From NCBI GenBank assembly GCA_022844165.1, contig JALHMH010000020.1, forward strand, positions 18,136-82,135: 64,000 nt of DNA, given 5' to 3'. The translations under genes were made by a program, and so were the position numbers. The DNA is from Lysobacterales bacterium. GTDB lineage: Bacteria; Pseudomonadota; Gammaproteobacteria; Xanthomonadales; SZUA-5. Below, in pieces: positions 36,371 to 51,478 of this stretch (position 1 is the first letter of the stretch; each line of letters opens with the position of its first letter). The notes under the pieces were generated by a model that was not told the origin of the DNA, did no database searches, and worked only from the letters and a program-made list of their open reading frames with translations.

Positions 36371-37304
36371 CCGAACCAGGCGCACAGGAAAATGCAAACT
36401 TACCCGCAACTTGCGTACTTGGGCAATCCTCACAAACGGCGCTGCGCCGATGACGCTGCATGTTGCGCCAAGTCATCGCCAATGTGCCGCGCTCAATCTG
36501 GGCGACCGGCACACCGTAATCGTCCAGGGTAAATGCGCAGGGCGCAACCCGCCCGAGTTCGTCGATGAACCAAAGTACCGAGCCGGGCGCGCAGTCTGCG
36601 ACCGGGTGCGGAATGCCGCTGGCAGCATCGCGCAACCGCGCAACATAGGCGTCTGTGCCAACAAGTCGCCCACCGGCGCACTTGATCTCTTCGCGGAGGG
36701 CCGGCAAGGTTGCGGCGAACTCGATCAGGTCAGAAGGACGCAGTCGTTCTTCGGCTGAAAAATCCGGCCGATCTCGCCATCCGAGTGCGTTGAAGGTCAC
36801 TTCGTCGACGCCCGCCGAAACCAAAACCCGACAAAGTTCAGAGAAGGCGCCGATAGCGCTGCGCATCAAGACCACGTTGATCCGCAATAGCGGCCTGGCC
36901 CTTTCCGCTGCCAACGATGTGATGCCGTCGAGCAACTTTTTCGTGCCGCCCGGCCAACCGCGCAGCTGGTCGTGCAGACCATCGATCGCGTCCAGGCTGA
37001 TCGTCAGTTCGTCGAGAGCCAACAGGCATGTGCGCATCGCGGCCAGCCGCGTGCCGTTGGTGGTCAGACTGACGCGCAGTCCTTTTGATTTCGCATAGGC
37101 AGAAGCGGGCGCCAACGGCGGCCACAGCGTCGGCTCTCCGCCAATCCAGCTCAAATGCGTTGCACCACCCTCAGCCAGCCGATCGATCGTCGCAACCGCG
37201 GTCGCGTACGAGACATGCGCCCTGGATTTTGGCAATCGTCGGTCGTATGCGCAGAAGCCACATGCCAGATTGCAGCGCGTATCGATGCGCCAGAGGGCGA
37301 TCAT
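36360..37304 (-). CDS. Radical SAM protein with C-terminal SPASM/twitch-like cysteines
   Basis: CNLACGFC, GGEP and TNG motifs; C-terminal CAPG...GRVAPC...CEDC. Confidence 0.88.
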   Translation of the reverse strand: MIALWRIDTRCNLACGFCAYDRRLPKSRAHVSYATAVATIDRLAEGGATHLSWIGGEPTLWPPLAPASAYAKSKGLRVSLTTNGTRLAAMRTCLLALDELTISLDAIDGLHDQLRGWPGGTKKLLDGITSLAAERARPLLRINVVLMRSAIGAFSELCRVLVSAGVDEVTFNALGWRDRPDFSAEERLRPSDLIEFAATLPALREEIKCAGGRLVGTDAYVARLRDAASGIPHPVADCAPGSVLWFIDELGRVAPCAFTLDDYGVPVAQIERGTLAMTWRNMQRHRRSAVCEDCPSTQVAGKFAFSCAPGSDGH

Positions 37305-39052
37305 ATGTCCGATATCACATCGTGACCTTGATAGTGCCGATTCGAGAACACGCGAGCAAAAGCAAGCAAGTCCTCAAGGCTTGTTAGGGCCGCAATCTGC
37401 CAGCCTTGCTCATCGCGTGCGCGCTTGATCCAATTCAACGCCGCCCAGTCCAGACTCTCCCAGCCGTCGGGCAGATTCAGCGCCAGGGTTCCGCCCCCGC
37501 CGGCATCGAGCAGCGCCTGGCGGCAAACATCGAGGCCGCTGTGGCCCTTCTCGTCGGGGCTGTCGAACATCGTTGAAGCGCCATCGTCCGACACCACCAG
37601 GATGTGGGTTGGCCGCAATAACTTCTTCCGCCCCGAATGCAAATCGCGCAGCAGCGGTAATGGGAACTGCGTGCCGCCGCCGAAATAGCCGACCAGCACC
37701 CGCAGACAATCGCGAGCGTCGCGCACAAATCCATTCGTACTGGCGACGCTTTTCTTATCGCTCCAAAGATGCACCGCGACCCGGGCACCAGCACGTAGCG
37801 CCGACAAACAGATCACCGCACCGGCCAACGCCGGCCAGGAGATGACAACTCGGGGGTCCGGCATCGAACCGGAGCTGTCGACATACAGATCCAGGTCCAA
37901 TGGTAATGCGGAATTGTGCTGTCCCTGTACCGTGCCAAACACTCTTTTGACCAGCGTCATTCCCGCAATCGGCGTTGGACTCTTCAGCAGCGATTCGCGC
38001 CAGTCGATCGCTGCAATCGGATCGCCGATCTCCCACAGTTCTGTACCCTCCATCAGCGGTTCGATCGACTCGGGCAGACGCATCGTAGGAAACGGCACGA
38101 GATACGGACGGGCAAGCTCCTCGTAATAGCGGATCGCCGCCTCTTCGGGCGACAACCGCAGACCGGCCAGACGCAGAATCTCACCAAATTCGTAAGGCGT
38201 GCGCGTCTGACCGCGACCGGATGTGGGAGTGGGCTTTGCTGTCTCACCAATGTCATCGCGATCGCGAGAAATACCCGAGAGCGTCTCATCGAAGGCCGGA
38301 TGCACGATGTCAGCGGCATCGATTTCTGTCAGCCCCTGTGGATCGCCACCGAGACCTGCATCGCGCGTATCGTGCCAATGCGCCAGGCTCGCAGCGCTCT
38401 TGGATTCGAGCAGGTACGGCAGCGCCAGTACACCGTAGCGCGACACACCATCCAGCCAGTGTTGACTGTAGTGTCGCACCAGTCGCGCGGCGAGGCGAGC
38501 GTCTCCTTCCAACGTTTCGTGGTCCATCTTTGCAACCAATTCGCCGGAAGTCATCGCCCACAGTAACTCATATGTCCGCTGATAAAACTGCCACAACGAA
38601 CTGATCTCGACGGGCGCCACGCTTTGCGTCAGACGGCGCATCAGATCAGCCATGCGCAGGCCCGCGCTGCGCTGCAATCGATCGTTGATCAGCAAGTCAG
38701 TGTAAAGATTGCAGATCATCGGTGCCGACGCCTCAACGGTTGGCAGCGCCCGTCGCATGCGCGCCAGTGAACGCGTATGTTCGGTAACCGACGCTGGCGC
38801 GTACACATGGTGACCAATCTCGTGCGCGAGTATTTCCAATGCAAAATCCGTGATGCGCAGTTGCTCGACCGTTTCCAGATCGATCACCACGGTTTGATCG
38901 ACCAACCGGATCATTGCAAAACTGCCCTGCAATCCTTCCTTGGCAGCATCAATGCGAAATTCGCACAGAAGCGGGAATCGCAGGCGCGTGTATCGCGACC
39001 AAGCGCTCAGTGCGTTGGGCCAGGCAGCTTTCCAGAGTTCGATTGCGCTCAC
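37301..39052 (-). CDS. Metallopeptidase (HExxH) plus vWA domain protein
   Basis: HEIGH motif; DLYVDSSGSM MIDAS, GGGT and VVSDDG. Start GTG 39052 or TTG 39067. Confidence 0.82.
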   Translation of the reverse strand: MSAIELWKAAWPNALSAWSRYTRLRFPLLCEFRIDAAKEGLQGSFAMIRLVDQTVVIDLETVEQLRITDFALEILAHEIGHHVYAPASVTEHTRSLARMRRALPTVEASAPMICNLYTDLLINDRLQRSAGLRMADLMRRLTQSVAPVEISSLWQFYQRTYELLWAMTSGELVAKMDHETLEGDARLAARLVRHYSQHWLDGVSRYGVLALPYLLESKSAASLAHWHDTRDAGLGGDPQGLTEIDAADIVHPAFDETLSGISRDRDDIGETAKPTPTSGRGQTRTPYEFGEILRLAGLRLSPEEAAIRYYEELARPYLVPFPTMRLPESIEPLMEGTELWEIGDPIAAIDWRESLLKSPTPIAGMTLVKRVFGTVQGQHNSALPLDLDLYVDSSGSMPDPRVVISWPALAGAVICLSALRAGARVAVHLWSDKKSVASTNGFVRDARDCLRVLVGYFGGGTQFPLPLLRDLHSGRKKLLRPTHILVVSDDGASTMFDSPDEKGHSGLDVCRQALLDAGGGGTLALNLPDGWESLDWAALNWIKRARDEQGWQIAALTSLEDLLAFARVFSNRHYQGHDVISDI

Positions 39053-39295
39053 GTTTGTCGGATTCAACGGTGGGCTGCAAGACGAAACCTAGCGAGGCTT
39101 CGCCTCGGACCGCCGAGCATTGTTGGCTTCGCTCGGCAGCGTACTTGCCACAACCCTGCGCGCTGCCGCTTCGAAGAAAGTCTGACTCATTTGTCCAGAT
39201 CCCGCTCGGCCAAGGACTCTAGAGTAAACCACGTCGCCACCGCATTCACGAATCGCCACCTATAATCTGCGCCATCGTCAATCGAGACTTCGACA

Positions 39296-40483
39296 ATGGC
39301 CGACGGCAATAACAAACCCGCCCCCCTGGACCCGAGCGATCTTTACAACGTGCGCGCCTTGCTTTCGGATGAAGAACGCATGGTGCAAGACACGGTGGCA
39401 CGCTTCACCGATGAGCGTGTGTTGCCGATCATCGGTCGCTGCTTCGACGAGCACCGCTTTCCTTCCGAGCTGATTCCAGAAATTGCAGAGCTGGGTTTGT
39501 TGGGATCCAGCCTTCCGGAAGAATACGGTTGCGCCAACATGAGTGGCGTCATGTACGGCTTGATTTGCCAGGAATTGGAGCGCGGCGACTCAGGTATCCG
39601 CAGCTTCGTTTCTGTGCAATCAAGCCTGTGCATGTATCCAATCTTCGCGTTTGGCAGCGAAGAGCAGCGCAGGCACTATCTGCCGCGCATGGCGAAGGGC
39701 GAATTGATCGGCTGCTTTGGTCTCACGGAACCGCACGGCGGTTCGGACCCGGGCAACATGAAGACCCACGCCAGGCGCGACGGCGGCAACTGGGTCATCA
39801 ATGGCTCAAAAATGTGGATCACCAACGGCGGCGTCGCTGGCGTCGCCATCGTCTGGGCAATGACCGAAGAGGGCATCCAGGGCTTTTTGATCGATCGCGG
39901 AACGCCGGGATTCAGTACCCAGGATATCGAACGCAAGATGAGTTTGCGGGCGTCCATCACCAGCGCACTGTTCTTCGATTCCGTGCGCATACCGGACACA
40001 CAGCGCCTGCCGAATGTGCGCGGCCTCAAAGGCCCACTTTCGTGCCTGACTCAGGCCCGTTATGGCATCACCTGGGGTCCGATCGGCGCCGCAATCGCCT
40101 GCTATCGCGAAGCCTTGGAATACGCCAAAACACGCATCATCTTTGGTAAGCCAATCGCCGGCACTCAAGCTGTGCAAATGAAACTGGCAGACATGGCGCG
40201 CCGCATTACCATGGCGCAGTTACTGTCGCTGCAACTAGGACGTCTGAAGGATGCCGGGCAGATGCACCCCACGCAGGTCAGTCTGGCCAAATGGAACAAT
40301 GTGCGTATGGCCATCGACATCGCCCGCGAAGCGCGAGACATCATGGGCGGCGCCGGAATCACCGTCGAACATTGTCCGATTCGCCATGCGCTGAACTTAG
40401 AAAGCGTGATTACTTACGAAGGCACGGAAACCGTCCACCAGCTGGTGGTCGGTCGCGAAATCACGGGCATCAACGCGTTTTAG
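39296..40483 (+). CDS. gcdH: Glutaryl-CoA dehydrogenase (acyl-CoA dehydrogenase family)
   Basis: ELERGDSG, CFGLTEPHGGSDP, NGSKMWITN and TYEGT motifs. Confidence 0.88.
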   Translation: MADGNNKPAPLDPSDLYNVRALLSDEERMVQDTVARFTDERVLPIIGRCFDEHRFPSELIPEIAELGLLGSSLPEEYGCANMSGVMYGLICQELERGDSGIRSFVSVQSSLCMYPIFAFGSEEQRRHYLPRMAKGELIGCFGLTEPHGGSDPGNMKTHARRDGGNWVINGSKMWITNGGVAGVAIVWAMTEEGIQGFLIDRGTPGFSTQDIERKMSLRASITSALFFDSVRIPDTQRLPNVRGLKGPLSCLTQARYGITWGPIGAAIACYREALEYAKTRIIFGKPIAGTQAVQMKLADMARRITMAQLLSLQLGRLKDAGQMHPTQVSLAKWNNVRMAIDIAREARDIMGGAGITVEHCPIRHALNLESVITYEGTETVHQLVVGREITGINAF

Positions 40484-40494
40484 CCGTGCAAAAG

Positions 40495-40522
40495 CACGAA
40501 GCCCGCAAGTGCGGGCCTCGTG
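40495..40522. terminator. Hairpin between convergent gcdH and rpoH
   Basis: CACGA-A-GCCCGC-AAGT-GCGGGC-C-TCGTG. Confidence 0.65.
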
Positions 40523-40548
40523 AGCTTCGATAGCTTACCAGCGACATA

Positions 40549-41409
40549 TCAGTCGCCGAACATGCCACGCATCTTCTTGAACGCCGCAGATTCGATCTGG
40601 CGAATGCGCTCGGCCGACACCTTGTACTCGGCCGCCAGGTCCTGCAGTGTGGCCTTGGGTTCGGCGAGCCATCGGCGGGTGACAATGTCGCGACTACGCT
40701 GATCCAGTTGCTCCAGGCTGTCGGCCAACACATCTAACTGGCGATCGCTTGAGGTCTCGCTTTCCAAGCTCTCGTACGGATTTGCGCTTTGATCGACCAG
40801 AAATGCGATCGGCGCGGGTTTGCCTTCGGTATCGTCATCCGCGGGTGCATCGAACGCCACATCCTGGCCCTGCAAGCGCGCTTCCATCTCGACGACGGTT
40901 TGCGGATCGACACCCAGGTCCTTGGCCACGGCCTGCACTTCCTGCGCATTCATCCATCCCAGGCGCTTTTTCGCGCGGCGCAGATTGAAGAACAGCTTAC
41001 GCTGCGCTTTGGTCGTCGCAACCTTGACGATGCGCCAGTTCTTGAGGATGAACTCGTGTATCTCGGCGCGAATCCAGTGCACCGCGAAGGACACCAGACG
41101 CACGCCCATATCGGGATCGAAGCGCTTGACTGCCTTCATCAGTCCGATGTTGCCTTCCTGAATCAGGTCAGAGATGCCCAACCCGTAACCGGCGTAACCT
41201 CGCGCAACATGCACGACGAACCGCAAGTGCGACATGACCAGCTGGCGAGCGGCCTCAAGATCAGTCTCCTCGCGGAATCGCCGAGCCAATTCCTGCTCGT
41301 CCTCAACCTCCAGCACCGGGATGCGATTGACGGTGCCGATGTAAGCATCAAGACTGCCAACATTGCCCAAGATCGGCAGATTGTTGGCCACCAAAGCCTG
41401 CGTGGTCAT
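40549..41409 (-). CDS. rpoH: RNA polymerase sigma-32 factor
   Basis: RpoH box VKVATTKAQRKLFFNLR; DLIQEGNIGLMKAV. Confidence 0.97.
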   Translation of the reverse strand: MTTQALVANNLPILGNVGSLDAYIGTVNRIPVLEVEDEQELARRFREETDLEAARQLVMSHLRFVVHVARGYAGYGLGISDLIQEGNIGLMKAVKRFDPDMGVRLVSFAVHWIRAEIHEFILKNWRIVKVATTKAQRKLFFNLRRAKKRLGWMNAQEVQAVAKDLGVDPQTVVEMEARLQGQDVAFDAPADDDTEGKPAPIAFLVDQSANPYESLESETSSDRQLDVLADSLEQLDQRSRDIVTRRWLAEPKATLQDLAAEYKVSAERIRQIESAAFKKMRGMFGD

Positions 41410-41471
41410 CGATAAATCCTCAATTTGGTAGGGCTCACGGCCATTGCCGGTCCCAGATGAATCGATTTTAG

Positions 41472-43745
<2,274 letters not shown>

Positions 43746-43899
43746 GCTCACATGTGAACGATCCAAATTCGAAATCGCGGCAGCACGCCAGCAATGGCGG
43801 TATTCGTGCCCTTCGTGGGAACCAACACCGCCGCGTGCCACTTGCCCCACTGCGGCGCAATCCCCAGAATCCGCGACCTGATTTCGCTTTGCCCCTACA

Positions 43900-45501
43900 A
43901 TGACCACTCACGTCGAAGAAACCCAACGTCGGCGGACGTTTGCGATTATTTCGCATCCGGACGCCGGCAAGACCACCCTGACCGAGAAGTTGCTGCTCTT
44001 TGGTGGGGCCATCCAAATGGCGGGTTCGGTCAAATCGCGAAAAGCCTCGCGGCATGCCACTTCAGACTGGATGGCGCTGGAAAAAGAGCGCGGCATTTCG
44101 GTCACGAGTTCGGTTATGCAATTCCCGTATGCCGAACGCATCGTGAATTTGCTGGACACCCCAGGCCACGCCGATTTTTCGGAAGACACGTATCGCGTGC
44201 TGACGGCGGTCGATTCGGCGCTGATGGTCATCGATTGCGCCAAAGGCGTTGAGGAACGCACCATCAAGCTGATGGATGTGTGCCGATTGCGCGACACACC
44301 AATCATGACTTTCATCAACAAGCTTGATCGCGAGGGTCGTTCGCCAATCGACTTGCTGGATGAAGTCGAAAGCGTGCTGAAGATTCGGTGCGCGCCGGTC
44401 ACCTGGCCCATCGGCATGGGCTCGCGGCTGAAAGGTGTGTACCACTTGCTGCTCGATGAAGTGCACATCTTCGAGACCGGACGAAACTTCACGCGTCAGG
44501 ATTCAACAATTTTCCAGGGCCTGGATGCGCCGGGATTAAGCGAACGCATTGGTGCAGACGCCTTGGCGGAGCTTAGAGATGAGTTGGACTTGGTCCGCGG
44601 TGCGTCGCACCCTTTTGATCTTGGCGCCTACCTGAGCGGCAAGCAGACGCCCGTATTTTTTGGCTCGGGCATCAACAATTTTGGTGTGCAACTGCTGCTG
44701 GATTTTTTCGTCGAACATGCGCCGTCGCCGCGTGCGCGCGCCACAGAAACGCGCCCCGTCGACCCGATCGATGAAAAATTCAGCGGTTTCGTGTTCAAAA
44801 TTCAGGCGAACATGGATCCGCAACATCGCGATCGTGTGGCGTTCTTCCGGGTTTGCTCCGGGCGCTACACCAGCGGCATGAAAGCGTGGCACGTGCGCGC
44901 CGGCAAAGAGTTCAAACTGGCAAACGCACTGACGTTCATGGCCTCGGATCGAGAAATTGCCGCCGAGGCCTACCCAGGCGACATCTTGGGCATTCACAAT
45001 CACGGCACGATCTCGATCGGCGACACGTTCACGGAAGGCGAGGCGCTGAAATACACCGGCATCCCGAACTTCGCACCCGAGTTGTTTCGCCGCGCCCGAT
45101 TGCGCGATCCGCTGAAACTGAAGCAGTTACAGAAAGGCCTGACGCAGTTGTCGGAAGAAGGCGCCACGCAATTTTTCAAACCCTTGCTCGGCACCGATTT
45201 GATCCTGGGAGCGGTTGGCACGCTGCAATTCGATGTTGTCGCCTACCGGCTCAAGGACGAGTACGGCGTCGACTGTCTGTTCGAGAACGTACAGATTCAT
45301 ACCGCACGCTGGATCGGCGGCGATGACCCGAAGTCGATCGAGGATATGGAAGCCAAGGCGATGCAGAACATGGCCCGCGACGCCTCCGGCGCACTGGTGT
45401 ACCTCGCGCCGACCCGGGTCAATTTGCAGCTGACGCAAGAGCGCTATCCGAAGCTCAAGTTTGCGGCCACCAAAGAGCACGCGCAGCCAGTAGAAATGTA
45501 G
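43900..45501 (+). CDS. prfC: Peptide chain release factor 3
   Basis: [21 protein letters not shown] and NKLD motifs. Confidence 0.97.
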   Translation: MTTHVEETQRRRTFAIISHPDAGKTTLTEKLLLFGGAIQMAGSVKSRKASRHATSDWMALEKERGISVTSSVMQFPYAERIVNLLDTPGHADFSEDTYRVLTAVDSALMVIDCAKGVEERTIKLMDVCRLRDTPIMTFINKLDREGRSPIDLLDEVESVLKIRCAPVTWPIGMGSRLKGVYHLLLDEVHIFETGRNFTRQDSTIFQGLDAPGLSERIGADALAELRDELDLVRGASHPFDLGAYLSGKQTPVFFGSGINNFGVQLLLDFFVEHAPSPRARATETRPVDPIDEKFSGFVFKIQANMDPQHRDRVAFFRVCSGRYTSGMKAWHVRAGKEFKLANALTFMASDREIAAEAYPGDILGIHNHGTISIGDTFTEGEALKYTGIPNFAPELFRRARLRDPLKLKQLQKGLTQLSEEGATQFFKPLLGTDLILGAVGTLQFDVVAYRLKDEYGVDCLFENVQIHTARWIGGDDPKSIEDMEAKAMQNMARDASGALVYLAPTRVNLQLTQERYPKLKFAATKEHAQPVEM

Positions 45502-45557
45502 GCTCGCAGATCTGCGCAGTAAGTTACCCAAGGCCAGCCGCGCCGCGGACGATTGAC

Positions 45558-46253
45558 TTATGGCTCAAGCGCCAATGCCACTGCGGCTTGGGCGTGCAGC
45601 GTGGTTGTATCGAATAGTGGAACTTCTGCATCGTGCTGACTGACAAGCAGCGCGATCTCTGTGCACCCAAGAATGATCGACTGGCATCCTTGACTGCTCA
45701 GGTGCCGGATGACCCTGCGGAATTCACTGCGCGATATCGGATCGATGACGCCGCGGCACAGTTCTTCGTAGATCACGCGATGAACAAGATCCCGATCCAG
45801 TTGATCGGGAACGATGACCCGCAATCCATGGCGCTCACGAAGCCGCTCTCGATAGAAATCCTCTTCCATCGTGAAGCGAGTGCCCAACAGCCCAACCACG
45901 GAATGTCCGGCTGCCTGGATTTCCGCAGCCGTCGGATCCACGATATGCAACAGCGGTATCGACACCTGCGACTCGATGGCGAGCGCAACCTTGTGCATCG
46001 TGTTGGTACAAAGAACGATGAATGCAGCGCCCGCTGATTCAAGCACGCGAGCGGCTTGTGCGAGCAACGCGCCCGCGCCGGCCCAGTCGCCGCTACGTTG
46101 CAATCGCTCTACTTCATGAAAATCAACGCTGTACAACAGCAGCTGCGCCGAATGCAGGCCACCCAGGCGTTCCTTCGTCGCCACGTTGATGTGACGGTAG
46201 TAGGAAACCGTGGATTCCCAGCTCATGCCGCCAATCAAACCTATCGTTCTCAT
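45558..46253 (-). CDS. Aspartate/glutamate racemase family protein
   Basis: IGLIGGMSWEST, CTNTMH and ILGCTE motifs. Confidence 0.92.
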   Translation of the reverse strand: MRTIGLIGGMSWESTVSYYRHINVATKERLGGLHSAQLLLYSVDFHEVERLQRSGDWAGAGALLAQAARVLESAGAAFIVLCTNTMHKVALAIESQVSIPLLHIVDPTAAEIQAAGHSVVGLLGTRFTMEEDFYRERLRERHGLRVIVPDQLDRDLVHRVIYEELCRGVIDPISRSEFRRVIRHLSSQGCQSIILGCTEIALLVSQHDAEVPLFDTTTLHAQAAVALALEP

Positions 46254-46349
46254 CGGCATTGAGCGTATGGGCACATCATTGTTACCGTTGCCAGCTGCCA
46301 CCATCGGACGAGGCTCGCCGGCAACGCAGAATCGACTACGGCTCGCGGA

Positions 46350-46901
46350 TCAAACCCGCACAGAACGCGGTCGCTTCGTTGCCCGCCGTCGGGTCGGTTC
46401 TTCGAGATCGTCTTCTGAACCAGGCGCAATGATGTACTCTGGATTCCACGCCGGCACCGGCCCCTCGAGGATCCATGCGCCGCCATCGTAGCCCTGGCCA
46501 ATTAAGTGCTCCAGCCATTTGCTCGCGAAGTTGTTCATATGGCGTCGGTACTGCGCGATGATCTTGGCTGGCGTTTCCGGCGCGAACAGTCGCCTGCGGT
46601 GCGAATCGAAGCGGCAATGCGTGACTTCCGCCTGACGTCCGTCGTGATAAACGCGCCAATAGGATTCCGGATCTTCTGCCGGCGCCGCCTCGACAAAACG
46701 CAGGCTAAGCCGAAGCAATGTTGTGTAAGGCTGTTGCTCGAACACGTCCAGCACCAGATCGGGGCGCTCAGGGATGGTCTTGACGTAACGGCCCGGCGGC
46801 AACGTGCGCGTGGGCAGAAGCTGATTCAAGCGCGCATAGTTCTCGGCATACAGGCCGAGCAGCCAGTCGAGCGGATTGGGCAAGAGAGAACGCGCGTGCA
46901 T
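46350..46901 (-). CDS. DUF1249-family protein
   Basis: LYAENYARL, PYTT, RVYHDGRQAEV and WLEHLIGQG motifs. Confidence 0.8.
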   Translation of the reverse strand: MHARSLLPNPLDWLLGLYAENYARLNQLLPTRTLPPGRYVKTIPERPDLVLDVFEQQPYTTLLRLSLRFVEAAPAEDPESYWRVYHDGRQAEVTHCRFDSHRRRLFAPETPAKIIAQYRRHMNNFASKWLEHLIGQGYDGGAWILEGPVPAWNPEYIIAPGSEDDLEEPTRRRATKRPRSVRV

Positions 46902-47114
46902 GGAATCAACCTTCGCTAACCACCGTGCGCACTTAGCGGCGAACGGTCCCGGTCCGAGCCGGGCTCCACATCATGGCAATCTAGCGGCGGATTTCAAGGG
47001 CCTTAGTTTACTACGGACCGATTGACAGCATGGCAATTTTGCTGATGATCGCGGCAATTATGCGATGTTAGACGGCGATAACGAAACTTAAACGAACTGG
47101 CCGCATATGAAATT

Positions 47115-47344
47115 TCAGCGGCAGTTGCCGGCCCTTCGCCATATCCGGTACCCCGCTGGCATGAAAATCAAACAAATGACGATGCCGAACGCTGACCCAA
47201 TCGGCGAAGGCGGCGCACCGAACGGATCAGCGTCATTTGCATGTTGCGCACCTAAAGGGTCGATCAACGCGGCAAGGAGAAACGGAAGCGCAAAGATGGC
47301 AATCGCTGTCATCAGCGCACCCAGCCAACGCACCAGCAGCCGCA

Positions 47345-47345
<1 letters not shown>
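47115..47345 (-). CDS. Small two-TM membrane protein coupled to glmS
   Basis: GTG overlaps the glmS stop; two hydrophobic helices around ADPFGAPP. Confidence 0.5.
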
Positions 47346-49177
<1,832 letters not shown>

Positions 49178-49328
49178 GTTTTGATCTCTGTCCAGCGAAT
49201 CTGCGCGAGTCTACCTGCAAGTGCCTGGGCGCTTATGTCAGGCCTCTGGCGCGATCCTGATAAATCAGTACCAAATCATGACGCTTTTGCATTTACTATT
49301 CGCGTATCGCCACGAATGAGAGTTCACC

Positions 49329-50441
49329 ATGCGCGCTGTCTATGCTGCTGCAATGGCCGCCGCGTCGGCCCAGGCCTTCGCCAACAACGACTTTCCACAG
49401 ACCATAGAAACCGCCGAACAATCCGTTGTCGTTGAGCAAGTACTGTCGGGTCTGAGCATCCCCTGGGGCATCGCTTTCTTGCCAGACGGGAAAGCGCTTC
49501 TGACCGAACGGGCTGGCACGCTTTCGCTCGTCGATATCAGTGCCGGAACGCGTCAGTCGGTGAACGGCGTACCAAAGGTTGCTGCGCGCAATCAGGGTGG
49601 TTTGTTGGACGTGCAATTGGCGCCAGGTTATGGCTTAGACGGGTGGATTTACCTGTGTTACAGCGTCGAGAACGACGATGGGCTGACGACGCGCATTTCC
49701 AGGCACCAACTCAATGACACGACGCTTGACGAGGGCCAGGTTCTGTTTACGGCGGCACCGTTCATGAAGACCGTGCATCACTTCGGGTGCCGCTTGCAGT
49801 TCGACGGCAAAGGTCGTTTGTACTTTGGTATCGGCGATCGCCAGGAACGACACATGTCGCAGAAGCTCAACAGCGACAACGGCAAGATGCATCGCATTGG
49901 CGAAGACGGCAGCATTCCGGAGGACAATCCGTTCAAGGATGCTGAGGGCAAGCCGACGTCGATCTGGAGTTTTGGCCACCGCAATCCGCAAGGCGTGGTT
50001 TTTCAACCCGATTCGGACAAGCTGTTTATCACTGAACATGGCCCGCGGGGCGGTGATGAGGTGAACATTATTCGTAAGGGCCAAAACTATGGTTGGCCAG
50101 TAATTACCTACGGCCGCGAGTATCACGGTCCGGCCATCGGCGAGGGAACGCAGAAAGACGGCATGCTTCAGCCGGCCTATCAGTGGACGCCTTCGATCGG
50201 GCCGTCGGGTCTGATTTTCTATACTGGCTCTGCGTTCCCCAACTGGAAGGGCAACTTGATGGCCGGCGGCATGGCCTTGTCGTATTTGTCGCGGCTCACT
50301 GTGAATGGCGATAAAGTGGTTGAGGCCGAGAAGCTGTTCGAAGGAAAGGGATGGCGCATCCGCGACGTTGAACAAGGACCGGATGGAAACGTGTACCTAC
50401 TGACTGACAATGGCTGGCTATTACGCGTGCGCCCGTCCTGA
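49329..50441 (+). CDS. PQQ-dependent glucose/sorbosone dehydrogenase family protein
   Basis: Signal peptide; QGGLLDV, GHRNPQG, EHGPRGGDE and NYGWP motifs. Confidence 0.9.
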   Translation: MRAVYAAAMAAASAQAFANNDFPQTIETAEQSVVVEQVLSGLSIPWGIAFLPDGKALLTERAGTLSLVDISAGTRQSVNGVPKVAARNQGGLLDVQLAPGYGLDGWIYLCYSVENDDGLTTRISRHQLNDTTLDEGQVLFTAAPFMKTVHHFGCRLQFDGKGRLYFGIGDRQERHMSQKLNSDNGKMHRIGEDGSIPEDNPFKDAEGKPTSIWSFGHRNPQGVVFQPDSDKLFITEHGPRGGDEVNIIRKGQNYGWPVITYGREYHGPAIGEGTQKDGMLQPAYQWTPSIGPSGLIFYTGSAFPNWKGNLMAGGMALSYLSRLTVNGDKVVEAEKLFEGKGWRIRDVEQGPDGNVYLLTDNGWLLRVRPS

Positions 50442-50497
50442 GCGAACAGCAGATCACTAGCGTCTCGCCAAAAGTCGAACGGTCTTCAACCTCTGAT

Positions 50498-50518
50498 TGG
50501 CGCCGAATCTCGGCGCCA
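50498..50518. terminator. Hairpin between convergent genes
   Basis: TGGCGCCGA-ATC-TCGGCGCCA. Confidence 0.55.
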
Positions 50519-50545
50519 CAGCTGGCCAGCGGCGACCGAAAATCG

Positions 50546-51325
50546 TTACAACTTCGGCAGTGCGTAATCGACGATCAGCGGAGCGTGATCGGAAAATCTC
50601 TGCTCTCGGTAAACGCGAGCGCTGTGCGCCGCTCCCCGTAGATTGGGCGTCGTGATTTGGTAGTCGATGCGCCAGCCGACGTCATTTGCGTAAGCGTTTC
50701 CACGATTACTCCACCACGTGTACTCGGCGACATCAGGCTTCAACTCGCGATGCGTGTCGACCCAGCCAGCCTGACCGACCAGGCGGTCCATCCACGCCCG
50801 TTCCTCGGGCAGAAAACCTGAGTTCTTCTGATTGCTGCGCCAGTTCTTGAGGTCGATCGGTTTGTGCGCAATGTTGTAATCGCCGCAAATAATGAAGCGT
50901 CGCCCGCTGCCCACCAGCTTCGCCAGATATGGCTCAAGAAATGCCATCACTTCAAACTTGTGCGCTTGGCGATCGGAACCCGACGAGCCGGACGGCAAGT
51001 ACAGCGAGACGATCGACAGATCGCCAAAATCCGCTTGCAACCATCGCCCTTCACGATCGAATCGCTGCGCACCGATGCCGCTGACGAAATGGTCCGGGCG
51101 TCGCCGCAAATACAGAGCAACACCGCTATAGCCGCGAGTCTCTTCGGCATCGCGGAAGTACCCGGTGTAACCATCGACGCCAAAATCCTCAGCGGCTCGC
51201 TCCGGCGCCTGCAGGCGCGTCTCTTGCAGCGCGATCGCATCTGCGTCCTGGGTCGCTAACCATTGCAGTACACCCTTGCGCGTCGCGGAGCGAAGGCCGT
51301 TGAGATTCAAACTAATGATACGCAT
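50546..51325 (-). CDS. xth: Exodeoxyribonuclease III (Xth/Crc family)
   Basis: NLNGLR, LQET, GDYNIAH, GWRIDY and SDHAP motifs. Confidence 0.9.
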   Translation of the reverse strand: MRIISLNLNGLRSATRKGVLQWLATQDADAIALQETRLQAPERAAEDFGVDGYTGYFRDAEETRGYSGVALYLRRRPDHFVSGIGAQRFDREGRWLQADFGDLSIVSLYLPSGSSGSDRQAHKFEVMAFLEPYLAKLVGSGRRFIICGDYNIAHKPIDLKNWRSNQKNSGFLPEERAWMDRLVGQAGWVDTHRELKPDVAEYTWWSNRGNAYANDVGWRIDYQITTPNLRGAAHSARVYREQRFSDHAPLIVDYALPKL

Positions 51326-51478
51326 CGATGCAGGGCGCAAGAAAAACGACTAGGCTACACGCAAACCAACGACACCGGCGGCGCGCAATCATCGGTCCGG
51401 CCATTGCCACGCTGGATACGGCACTGCAACTTGATTATGCGTGCGGCGACCGTCCATGCAGTCGTAGGAGGCGTCGCC

